DNA of 64,000 nt from Mytilus californianus (Eukaryota). Within the stretch, counting starts at the first letter, position 1, and each line of letters begins with the position of its first letter. The notes under the pieces were generated by a model. That model saw only the letters and a program-made list of their open reading frames with translations. It was not told where the DNA came from and ran no database searches. This document shows positions 38,136 to 50,480 of the stretch, piece after piece. Location of the stretch: assembly GCF_021869535.1 (NCBI RefSeq), contig NW_026262678.1, positions 620,001 through 684,000 on the forward strand, in the 5' to 3' direction. The translations under genes and the position numbers were made by a program.

Positions 38136-40444
38136 GTTCTTGTTGTTAGCACATCCCATGTTTCTCGATAGAGATACCAGACTAACTGTCATATATAAAA
38201 CAAATCTCCAAACACGTGCTTGTTGTTGTTAGCACACCCCATGTTTGTCGATAGAGATACCAGACTAACTGTCATATATAAAACAAATCTCCAAACAAGT
38301 TCTTGTTGTTGTTAGCACACCCCATGTTTCTCGATAGAGATACCAGACTAACTGTCATATATAAAACAAATCTCCAAACACGTTCTTGTTGTTGTTAGCA
38401 CACCCCATGTTTCTCGAAAGAGATACCAGACTAACTGTCATATATAAAACAAATCTCCAAACACGTTCTTGTTGTTGTTAGCACACCCCATGTTTCTCGA
38501 TAGAGATACCAGACTAACTGTCATATAAAAAACAAATCTCCAAACACGTTCTTGTTGTTGTTAGCACACCCCATGTTTCTCGATAGAGATACCAGACTAA
38601 CTGTCATATATAAAACAAATCTCCAAACACGTTCTTGTTGTTGTTAGCACACCCTATGTTTGTCGAAAGAGATACCAGACTAACTGTCATATATAAAACA
38701 AATCTCCAAACACGTTCTTGTTGTTGTTAGCACACCCCATGTTTCTCGATAGAGATACCAGACTAACTGTCATATATAAAACAAATCTCCAAACACGTTC
38801 TTGTTGTTGTTAGCACACCCCATGTTTCTCGAAAGAGATACCAGACTAACTGTCATATATAAAACAAATCTCCAAACACGTTCTTGTTGTTGTTAGCACA
38901 CCCCATGTTTCTCGATAGAGATACCAGACTAACTGTCATATATAAAACAAATCTCCAAACACGTTCTTGTTGTTGTTAGCACACCCCATGTTTCTCGATA
39001 GAGATACCAGACTAACTGTCATATATAAAACAAATCTCCAAACACGTTCTTGTTGTTGTTAGCACACCCCATGTTTCTCGATAGAGACACCAGACTAACT
39101 GTCATATACAAAACAAATCTCCAAACACGTTCTTGTTGTTGTTAGCACACCCCATGTCTCTCGATAGAGATACCAGACTAACTGTCATATATAAAACAAA
39201 TCTCCAAACACGTTCTTGTTGTTGTTAGCACACCCCATGTTTCTCGATAGAGATACCAGACTAACTGTCATATATAAAACAAATCCCCAAACACGTTCTT
39301 GTTGTTGTTAGTACACCCCATGTTTCTCGATAGAGATACCAGACTAACTGTCATATATAAAACAAATCTCCAAACACGTTCTCGTTGTTGTTAGCACACC
39401 CCATGTTTCTCGAAAGAGATCCCAGACTAACTGTCATATATAAAAAAAAACTCCTAACACGTTCTTGTTGTTGTTAGCACACCCCATGTTTCTCGATAGA
39501 GATACCAGACTAGCTGTCATATATAAAACAAATCTCCAAACACGTTCTTGTTGTTGTTAGCACACCCCATGTTTCTCGATAGAGATACCAGACTAACTGT
39601 CATATATAAAACAAATCTCCAAACACGTTCTTGTTGTTGTTAGCACACCCCATGTTTCTCGATAGAGATACCAGATTAACTGTCATATATAAAACAAATC
39701 TCCAAACACGTTCTTGTTGTTGTTAGCACACCCCATGTTTCTCGATAGAGAAACCAGACTAACTGTCATATATAAAACAAATCTCCAAACACGTTCTTGT
39801 TGTTGTTAGCACACCCCATGTTTCTCGATAGAAATACCAGACTAACTGTCATATATAAAACAAATCTCCAAACACGTTCTTGTTGTTGTTAGCACACCCC
39901 ATGTTTCTCGATAGAGATACTAGACTAACTGTCATATATAAAACAAATCTCCAAACACGTTCTTGTTGTTGTTAGCACACCCCATGTTTCTCGATAGAGA
40001 TACCAGACTAGCTGTCATATATAAAACAAATCTCCAAATACGTTCTTGTTGTTGTTAGCACACCCCATGTTTCTCGATAGAGATACCAGACTAACTGTCA
40101 TATATAAAACAAATCCCCAAACATGTTCTTGTTGTTGTTAGTACACCCCATGTTTCTCGATAGAGATACCAGACTAACTGTCATATATAAAACAAATCTC
40201 CAAACACGTTCTTGTTGTTGTTAGCACACCCCATGTTTCTCGATAGAGATACCAGACTAACTGTCATATATAAAACAAATCTCCAAACACGTTCTTGTTG
40301 TTGTTAGCACACCCCATGTTTCTCGATAGAGATACCAGACTAACTGTCATATATAAAACAAATCTCCAAACACGTTCTTGTTGTTGTTAGCACACCCCAT
40401 GTTTCTCGATAGAGATACCAGACTAACTGACATATATAAAACAA
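38136..40444 (+). repeat. Highly homogeneous 83-bp tandem array, about 28 copies
   Basis: Unit gttcttgttgttgttagcacaccccatgtttctcgatagagataccagactaactgtcatatataaaacaaatctccaaacac; period 83 (38299, 38382); most units differ by 0-2 nt. Confidence 0.98.
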
Positions 40445-41145
40445 GTCTTGGTTTATAAACACTGAAAATAACACGTAATTAAAATGAACCTTCGTCAAAA
40501 GGCAATATTTACTTTGAAAGTGTTTTTGTAGAAGTTCAAGCTTCGTTTAGATATTACGTCAAACAAATACATAATAGCAAATAAGAGATAATTTTCCGTT
40601 TTATATTTTTTTTTATCACAAAAATTGATAAATGAAACAAAACAAAGGCTTAATGAATAAAAAGCAATAGACTTGTTCCCTGTCCTTTATCTGTTTGACT
40701 CTGACAACAAGGACTCTTAGATACCCGTATATTGCAAGGAAACTAGCATAAACAAACAATGGATAAACTTTAGAATAATGCTAATTAGCTGTTTCTGTTT
40801 TTTTTTATAAGTTGTTTGAGGTTTAAGTGTTAACAATTAAGTCCACAAGACGTAGTCAATTTGTTATGATTGATTACAAAAATATCTTGGGTTGATTCGG
40901 TACCTCCTTCCATAATTTATTTATACTGTCTACATTCGAAACCTTTCTGTACAGCTACAGTATATTTTCATGCAAGTAATTCTGAATTATTTAACATGTG
41001 ATTGGAACAATCATTTTTGTGTCATAAGTAAAACAAAATATATAATACAAAAAATCCAAGGCAAATTCAAAAAGGAGATGTCCATAATTAACACTGACAA
41101 TTTAACGCTATCAAACTACGGAACGAATATTCCTGACTTGGTACT

Positions 41146-41189
41146 GCGTCACTGATGAGTCTATTGAAGATGAAACGCGCGTCTGGCGC
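41146..41189 (+). ncRNA. Minimal type I hammerhead ribozyme, core intact
   Basis: gcgtca-CTGATGA-gtc(tattgaa)gat-GAAA-c(gcgc)g-TC-tggcgc. Stem I is 6 bp, stem II is 3 bp with one G-U, and stem III is minimal with a palindromic GCGC loop. Confidence 0.88.
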
Positions 41190-41504
41190 AAATACAAAAT
41201 TTCAATCCTGGTATCTATGATGAGTTTATTTACAAACACTGGGTCGATGCAACTGCTGGTGAAGTTGTTTTTCCCGAGGGTATCACCAGTCCAGTAGTCA
41301 GCACTTCTGTGTTGACATGAATTATCGTTGATATATGATCATAATTAAAAATTGACTGTTAACAAAACTTTTTTTACATACTTAGGCTTTTCTACCTCAG
41401 GAATAAATTACTAAGCTGCTTTTGGCAAAACTCTTAGGAATTTTTGGTCCTCAATACACTTTAACTTCGTACATTATTTTGCCTTTTGAACTTTTTTTAT
41501 TCCA

Positions 41505-41540
41505 GTGTCACTGATGAGTGATGAAACGCGCGTCTGTCGC
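41505..41540 (+). ncRNA. Hammerhead ribozyme copy with stem II deleted (probably inactive)
   Basis: gtgtca-CTGATGA-gtgat-GAAA-cgcgcg-TC-tgtcgc. Confidence 0.75.
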
Positions 41541-43036
41541 AAATACAAAATTTCCATCTTGTTATCTATGATGAGTTTATTTTCTGACATTTATAAATAT
41601 GGTGGTGTGACCAGGATATGAATTCTAAAATAAACTGCGTGTTCGACACAAAGCAGCAGCAACGAAGTTTTTTTGCCTGTACGAAGTTAGGAAGATGACA
41701 GTTTTTTTTTTGTTTTTTTTTTTTTTTTTGCATATTATTTTTTTATTTAGCAGTATACATAAACCACTGGTGGTAGGTGGATGGTCGTAACGTAAAGTAA
41801 CGGTTAGCAAAAAATGGGAGACAACTCTAGAGATAAGTTTTTCTTTTCCGATTTTCGTGCAGTATAAGGTTCACTTCAACCAAACCGCTTATCGAAAACA
41901 CACAAATTATAAGTACGTTGATTTTGAGGTAAGATTTGATATATAAAATCATTAGAATTGTCGTTAGATAGTCATTCAAAAATGCGAGCATGATGATCGT
42001 AACTAAAACAACAAAAAATGTCGAAGATGGGCGTAACGTAAATGTGGAATGGTTGTAACTCGATCTGTATTAAATAGGTCAGAATAAGGTAGGTAAAGAG
42101 TTTCAAAGTGTCTTTAATGAATATATATTATATGATATTTTTGTGAATTTTTATATATACGACGGATAATAAAGCAATTTCGTTTACAGGGCAAGAAAAA
42201 GCAACACATGACGGCATTAGTCGTTTAAATGCAAATGAACGGGAATCGAGACTTGTCAAGTTAATATCACTGCGCCACCACTTACACTTGAATATCTTAA
42301 CAGATACATACGATAAAAGGGAAGCTAATTCAGACACGGACCAGGACGCATTAGTAGTCGGTAGTATTAGTTCGTAAAATAATGCAGGGTTATATTTGTA
42401 GATTTAGGGTGATTAAATCACATGCAAGGTTGTTATATTTGTACTGAAATTTTAAAGCCTGGTTCAAATATGTCAAAATATGTAGTTAACATAAATTTAG
42501 TAAAGTGTGAATGGGGTTTTAAAGAATAGAGAATAGAGAAAAATATTCCTGAAAATAGGCAACAAAAAAATTGTAATACAGAAATTAAGCACCCCATCCA
42601 TACCCTCATTTATTAGATTTAGGTAAACAGTTGTGAATTCTTGTGGTGGAATTGCATGGAACAAAAAATGTCAAAGTGTTCCTTTGCGTTAATTTGTTTC
42701 GTACTTCTATATTATATGCTGTAGTTATAATGTATATAAATCAGAATAGCTCAACCTTATCTCTACGGAGATGTTGTTTACCGGGCCTTTTGTAACTGAC
42801 AATGCGGTATAGGTTTTACTTTATGATGAAGGTCGTACGGTAACCTATAATTGTTAATTTCTATGTCATTTGGTCTCTAATGTAGAGTTGTCTCATTGGC
42901 AATCAAACCACATCTTCTTATTTTTATATGTATGTCAATATATGGTTATTTTAAAGATGTTGCATTGTACATCATAATGGTAAAAATTGTATTATTTTTT
43001 TTTTCTTAATTTAAGAATTACATTGTCATAGTTAAT

Positions 43037-43079
<43 letters not shown>

Positions 43080-43249
43080 TCTAAGGTTTGCATCCCCCTT
43101 TCTGTTTAATTTAGCAAAATTCTTTCAATATTCTGGGGGAAATCGATGGTATTTGTTTTCATTGTTGAGTTGTATTCACATGTAATATTAACCAAATGAG
43201 GCCATTATTCTTTGTAACCGAATGTTGCCGACTTCTTCTTTTTTTCATA

Positions 43250-43700
43250 TAAGTCGGAGTTCGTTCGGATAGTTCTCAAAACATAAGCAGATCACAGAAG
43301 CCAGATCATTTAATTTTACATTCAGTTACACTGAAGATGTTCTTTCCATTAACAATCCAAAATCCTCTGATTGAATTTCAATAAAATATGCCCCGGAATT
43401 AGTAATTAAAGAAACAACAGACACGACTTCCTCATCTCATTTAACACATATACCTCGAATTTGTCATCTCCTTACCAGAATCTATGACAAACGAGACTGT
43501 TTAAATTTGGAAATTATCAATTTATTCCCCGCCTTAGTAGCAATATTCCAACTTCGCCTGCATATTGGATATACATTTTCCAACCCATTTGGTATTCAGG
43601 AGCTTGCAGCTGCTACTCATACTTTATAAAACGTCACAATTATCTGAGCAGAAAGTTGATGAATCAGAGTTAGATGAAAGAACGTCTCGTCTTTTTTTCT
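43250..43700 (+). mobile_element. Penelope-like retroelement RT C-terminal fragment (decayed)
   Basis: Decayed frames read FTFSYTEDVLSINNP...TRIYDKRD...SSNIPTSPAY; inverted homologue of 49200-49640. Confidence 0.85.
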
Positions 43701-44448
43701 AAAAGAAGTTCACGTCAATCGGCATACCACTCCCCCATCCATAATGGGTTTTGGAGTGTATGTTGACGTGGGAATAAACCCTACGCGGATTATAGCCTGA
43801 CGTAGTCTGTACAGCGTTGGATTGGTTTCTGTCATCGAAATTAGTAAGTTGTTGATCCATCTAACAGTAAACCCTCATCGAAGATAGCTGGTAAAGGAGA
43901 GCTGACCCAGCACGTCCGTTCAGTTGTAATGACTGAGACGTGACCGGATGAATTGAAGTGTACCTCTATTTTTGACATTCGTACCTTTTATGTCTGTTTG
44001 TTTTGAAAACTCAAAGGAAGATTAGACTTCATTTGAAATTGACTTCAATTTACCACTGTATGAGTACAAAATAACGCGACAGTTGATGATTCCTTGATGA
44101 TTATACAACAAGAAAGAGCATCATTAGTATCATTTGGTTACTAAATTATCTTCCCTGCAGTTTGTTTTACTAAACCAGAATACATCAAAACTGTTGTTTG
44201 CAGTAAACCATATATGACATCAGAGTTTATTAACATGGTTATGTGCACAGTAATTTGAAAATACGTTGATAAAAGTTCGTCTCAATACTTAAGCTACTAT
44301 CATCTTTGATGACCGCCTCATGTCGGTTACGAATTTTTTAATGACTATTTAACGAAAATTCAAGTGATTTTATGTATCAATTTTTACATCAATATCAACG
44401 TACTAATGATTAGTGTGTTTGAGATAAGATTGGTTGAAATGAAGTTTA

Positions 44449-47400
44449 CCAAGGAGGTACTCAACGTTGATTCAACGTTGAAACACTGTTGTTTCTCAAC
44501 GTTGAAACAATGTCAAATTTATGTTTGATTTTGAAAATTAGAATCAACAGTTTCAACGTTTAAGTTTCAACATCCATTCAACTTTGATTCAAGGTTGAAT
44601 AGTAGTTGAAAGTACATTTATAAAAAATATTATAAAGCTGCATTCACATTTTGACCTGCTTTCCAAACTTGTGCTGTTGTTATTGATGGTTGACCTTGCA
44701 TATTGTTTTTTTATGTCTTGGTTTGTCCCCAAGACACAAATGAACCAGATAGATATACTAAATGGCAGACGTCTGAAACATACACAAACTGTTAGAACAT
44801 TCCTTGCTTGTACAAAGTCAATAAACTAGACCATGAATGTCATATATTTACATCTTTGTTGGCTTCTGTGTTTATTTTCTTATTAAAGTTAATGGTTGGT
44901 GTGATCTACTGTACTGTCCAATATATTTGGTGTTCCTGTACAATTAATTGAATCATTTGTATTAAGCTATTGAGACCACGAAAAACTACAAGTAGAAATA
45001 GCTGAAATGATTGTGTGTGTCCAGTTGTATAAAGATAACTACAATAATTATCGTTATAGATATACAAGTGGACACACACCATCAGTTCATCTATTACTAC
45101 TTGCAGTTTTTCTTGTTCTGATAAACTATAAAATACAAATGATTCAATGAATGTTCTTACTCAGTTTGCATAGATTATGACACTCACTTTATTCCAACGA
45201 CAAAAAGCATCACTAAAACCGCAAACTAAAAATCATTTCCCATGTACTGTCGACGAGTTGTTGTAAGAACATGGTACCTTGTTTACATTTCTACAAATAA
45301 CCTGGTTTGGAATGTATTTATTTCAATTACCTAAAATCTTTAATTTTGCATACTGTACAGAAAATAATTTAGATCCGCAGATAATCATGTAACAATCTCA
45401 AACCCATATCATATAATGGACCCGCTTGTAGAATTCTAAACAATTCTCATACGTTACAAGATGTCTTTGTTAAGCGACTGATCAAATGTAAAGAGGTATA
45501 GCGAAGACATTATTAGATCCACCAAGTGTACAGAATTATTACAATACATATGAAAATAAGATGATGCTGATAACCATACAACCTACAAAAGGAACTAAAT
45601 GTGCTTGATGATAGAAATATTACCCTCACACCTATAATTGGTATAATCCATTACACAAATACAAATTTACTGAACAACAATATTAACTATAGTAATAAAA
45701 TGATATTTCTTTTGATACAAGATTTATTTTATAAATTCATTCGATATCATTGTCTCTTTAGTCCTTTTTGCATGTCAACTTTCTTTAACAACCCCAATTT
45801 CTTTCTGCGGCAGACTTCAAGCAGGAGGAGTTTTGATCAGATATTTCTTTTTCAGTGCACGTGCCATCTTTATACTTTTGCGGTATATTTAATCTCTGGA
45901 AAAAATAAGATGATAATGAATATAAATTGTATGTGCTGAAAAGATATCTTAAACTTGAGCCATCTTAATTTTGTTTCTAGATATCTTCAAATTGCAATGA
46001 AAAATAAAACCATAATGGCAAGCATATAAAGAAATAAGCTTATCAATAGTAAAAAAAAAATCATGAAGGTTTTACTGGATATAGTTTATTGATGTCTATA
46101 AAAAGGTTACCTAATATTTGATGGTGCTGATGAGATTGTAGGAAAATATTGAAGTGTGAGCGAAGTAACTGTTTTTAATAAAACAAACTTACACTGAACG
46201 AATAAATGCCTAAACAAATATCATATTTTAGAGAACTTTAATTTAACTCTTTAGATTAGACAAAAATAATATGGTATAAAAAGTCCCAAAAATAGAATAA
46301 ACAATAAATTTAACTTGCAACACAAAGGATATATACAAGCAAATTACCTACCTTAGTTGATTCTATAGATTTGAATTCTCAAACAGAATTTTCATTTTGC
46401 TTCACTTAAAACTCCTTTCAGCCATTAATTTGTTTGACAAACTTCTGTAAAATAGATAATACATGTTCACGAAAATGAATAGCTATTGTAAGTTACTGTT
46501 CAGCGACAGGTTTAATGCACATTACGGACAGGTACATGATAATGTTTTATGAATACGAAGTCTATGAATATTGTCAAGATAGTACTCACTGTGTAAGTCC
46601 TAAATTATGCTAAACACAATCTTGGCTACCTCCTTCATTATGAATTCAGCTTATTCTTTTTATTGTATTGTTTGTCTTAACCCTCCTTTGATGTGAATAC
46701 ATATTGTTAGATCTGTGTCTGCCTAGCATTTGATAATGTTATTTTCATAAGTAAACAAATTGATGAAAGTTTCTTATGTATGTAATATGTTACGTATGTC
46801 TTTTTGTTGTAATTATTTACTTTAAGTTGTGTCGTCTTTTTGTTTTTTTATTTAATGTATGGTCATGTTGATTTTTAAGTGGCTACAATTGATTTGGCGC
46901 ACATGCTATGTTAACATCATTTCTTGAATTACACAACCAGCGTCTGAGGATCAGATAAGGCCCGCCAATAACTTAATTAAGGTCAGACTGACATGTTTTA
47001 AAGATGTTATAAAAATAGAATGACTTGTGTAGCATGTGTAGAAAGGTCAATTAGGTGAAAGAGTAATGTATAATTATTCTAGTTGCCTTCCCATAGCGTG
47101 AAGTAATTGTTTTTTGTGGTGTTATTTAATGTAATTGAGAAAATAATACCAATATGATATCACATTCTAAAATTCCTGCACACGATCGTTCAATATTTAG
47201 TTTTCCAGTCCGAATCTATTGTTAACAATCGTCAAAATTGTGCAGTTTACCGAGCCTTAAACTGAAAGAAGACACATATCTACAGTATACGTGTTGGGAA
47301 CACCCGATCCCAATTAGAATTACTAGTGTAAATCGCTTGCGTACCCACTTTTTTTTATTGCGAGACACTTCAAGCATACTAATGCCACGAATTTTACCTC

Positions 47401-48125
47401 AAGAGATAACAAATATGCATTCAACCTTAAATGCCATCAAAATTGGTTGAAATTATATATTATATTGACTATGGCCCTTCCATGTGTTCTTCGATAGGAC
47501 ACATTTGTTGACGTTATATTTTTCTCTGATTGAGCAATACTGACACTAGTTCAGCATTTCTAAATACAATTCAAACATTGAAAAACAGTTATAGTCACAA
47601 AGAAACATCTACTTACCATAATGATACTTGATAACGGCAAGTTTTTCTTCGACTTCGTCCTTTGTTTTTCTATCTTTTAAACAGGAAAAGAGCGGGCTTA
47701 AATAATCCTAACTTCCTGTCTGTTAAAATCCCGCGAAAATATGAATATGAAAAACATCGAGATTTTTGTAAATAATCAATTATTTCAAATTTCTGTACAT
47801 ATTATCATTATGTTGAAACTATTCATATTATCATGTGAGATATGATTGCTGTGGTTTATTATTTTTTTTCAGAGAAATTATGTATGTAATATTTTAACCC
47901 ATTTTAGCCTTTATAGGTCTACAATAAATACTTATTAAACTTCAACGTTTATTCAATATTAAATCAACGTTCCAATTTCAACGTTGAATGATCAACATTA
48001 ATTCAACGTTGAATAAATATTTATTACTCAACGTTGAAAATGTAACGTTGTTTCAACGTTGAATACACGTTGAACACCATTTCAACCCCATTTCAACGTT
48101 GAATCAACGTTGAGTGCCTGCTGGG
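44449..48125. mobile_element. Inner TIR element B with TA target duplication and caacgttgaa subterminal repeats (EnSpm/CMC-like, inference)
   Basis: Left end CCAAGGAGGTACTCAACGTTGATTCAACGTTGAAA versus reverse complement of right end CCCAGCAGGCACTCAACGTTGATTCAACGTTGAAA (3 mismatches in 35). TA at 44447-44448 and 48126-48127. Removing the element restores the TIR of element A. Confidence 0.88.
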
Positions 48126-48265
48126 TACACTGCACAAAAATCGGAAAAGAAAATAATATCTCTAGAGTGGTCGCCCATTTTTGGCTAACCGTAACTTTAT
48201 GTTACGACCATCCGCTTACCACCAGTGATAAATAAATGTAACGTGGTGTCGAGTATTTCCGGTTA

Positions 48266-48478
48266 ATGTCAATTCAGAAATTATTGCGATGTTTTTATTA
48301 TTGCGAATATTGCGACAGGGTTATAATCGCAATGACTTAAACTCGCCTTTTGAAATTTTTAATTTGAATTACTCGTAAACAGGATTTTTTTCTCAATATC
48401 GCAAAAATTAAAATTGCATTATCGTCTTAAATGACAATATTGCAATAATAAATGCATGCAATAATTTCTGTATTACAG
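48266..48478. mobile_element. ~210-bp MITE
   Basis: Imperfect TIRs tgtcaattcagaaattattgcg / gcaataatttctgtattacag; similar in design to the MITE at 53008-53212. Confidence 0.6.
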
Positions 48479-48654
48479 GTAAATAGCAGAATATACCAAT
48501 GCATTAAAACAATTCCGAGCTTGTAGTATAATCAAATACAACCTCTGAAAGAACTATAGATTAATCATTGTATTTTCTACTGCAAAAAGACTAATCATAT
48601 TACGAATACAATTCCATGTCTGAATCCCATTTTAATGATTTTATTAAACAGGTC

Positions 48655-50480
48655 ATATTCCTGACTTGGTACATACATTTTTTTCTGTAGAAAATGGTGG
48701 ATTAAACCTGTTTTTATAGCCAGCTTAACCTCACAAATGTATGACAGTCGCATAAAATTCCTTTATATTGACGACGATGTGTGAACAAAACAAACAGACA
48801 TAATAGGTAAAAATGTCTAAAAAGAAGGGTACAGCAGGCAAAATTGTGCTATAATCTTAGTCACTATACAAACAAAACAAATATTACAACAAAGAAAAAC
48901 AAAAAGGCATATAGACAAAGCACATAAGCAAAAACGAAAGACAAGAATACAAAAATTTACCATAGCACAATAACACAATGACGGGATGTATAAGTACGAG
49001 CCACGTCAAATGGATTGGGCCAAAAATAGACTAAACAGTTAAAGTAATACTTTACAAAGACAAATAAAAGAGTATCATATCATGTCATTCAGGTGACAAA
49101 CAACGTCAGTACTTAGAATGTTTACTTAAAGACCATCGTTTATTATTTGTGAAGTTGAAAAGGAATATTTACTCACAAGGTCTTCCGATGAACTTTTTTG
49201 AAAAAAGGACGTCGAGACGTTCTTTGACATACTACTGGTTCATCAACTTTCTGCTCAGACACTGGTGACGGTTTACAAAGTCTGAGTAGCATCTGCAAGC
49301 TCTTGAATATCGTATGAGTTGGGAAATGTATATCCCATATGCAGGAGAAGTTGGTATATTGCTACTTAGGTTGGAAAAACTGATAATTTCAAAATTAAAA
49401 TCGTCTCGTTTGTCATAGATTCTGGTACTAAGATGACCGCTCATGTCAAATTCGAGGTATAAGTCTAAAAATGAGGCAGAGGAAGCCGTGTCTGTTGTTC
49501 CTTTAATTTCTAGTTCTTGGGGATATATTAATGGAATTCAATCAGAAAAGTCTGGATTGTTAATGGAAAGGACAATATATATGAATGTGCAATTAAATAA
49601 TCTGGCTTCTTTGATCTTCTTGTTTTTTATAAATGTCTGAAGGAACTCCGACTAATATGAAGATAAGAAGAGGTCGCTGCCGCACAGTTTGCTCCCATAG
49701 AAATACCTACAATTTGGTGACAAAGTCTACCTCCAAATTCAACAAATATTTTGTCAATAAGAAACTCCAGCATACTGGTCACTTGTTCCTCTGTGTAGCA
49801 TGTTTTATTTTCACTTTTAACAAAATATGCCGTATGGTATCCAAAAGTAGTAAATGTATAGCGTGCGCTACCATTTTTATGTTGAAAAGCATTGTAGATT
49901 TAAATTATTTCTTTTAGACGATTTTTCAATTACACATAGGGAATGGTGTTACACAGGGTTGAAAAATCAAAAGTTTTGATAGAACTAATTTTAGAGAAAT
50001 ATCGAGATTTACATTTATTCAGGAGTTCTTTAAGAGTTTGTTTTTATTCCATATATGGTTAATACCACTACGCGAGTAAACAGTTTCACGGTATTTCTGA
50101 AAACCCTCTTTCATTGCGGAAAGAATCTTTGTCAATCTAATGGACAATTCTTTCGTCGAACATGCAGATGAGCTGGCAATGTATGGCCAATTGTATGGAA
50201 TTTTGTAAAGCTTAGGTATCCAATACAAACAAGGTAAGTCCTCTGATTTGCTGCTCACATAATGTTCATTGAAGTTATTAAGGACTTATGAATAACCAAA
50301 ATCTCATCCTTGTCAAATGATGTTTTTGCATGTGGGATAACATGAGTGCTCATTTATTCCTAATTCTTTTACTAGACACTCGTAGTAGTACGATTTGCAT
50401 ACAAAGACAAGTCACGAACAGTTAAATTGTCTAATGTACGCTTTGCCAATTACAGCAACTAATTTTGGTTTTAAAGGCTT
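48655..50480 (-). mobile_element. Penelope-like retroelement fragment (RT and 3' region), decayed
   Basis: LPCLYWIPKLYKIPY...ASSSACSTKELS, GISMGANCA, FIYI--VLSINNP and HLSTRIYDKRDDFNFEII...SNIPTSPAYGIYISQLIRYSRAC motifs, with stops and deletions. Confidence 0.9.

Larger units (their letters stand above)
41146..41581 (+). mobile_element. Retrozyme-like element: 351-nt unit bounded by two hammerhead motifs
   Basis: Hammerhead motifs at 41146-41189 and 41505-41540; predicted GUC cleavage sites after 41183 and 41534; about 75-bp terminal direct repeat. Confidence 0.85.
41765..48227. mobile_element. Outer TIR element A (CACTG...CAGTG termini, ~215-bp inverted repeats), non-autonomous or decayed
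   Basis: 41765-41980 is the reverse complement of (44335-44448)+(48128-48227). Flanks are ataaac| and |ataaat. Superfamily unresolved; CMC-like CAC termini are an inference. Confidence 0.7.

Noticed and set aside
38136-40444. CRISPR array
   Set aside because: Units are repeated end to end with no unique spacers, there are no cas genes, and the context is eukaryotic.
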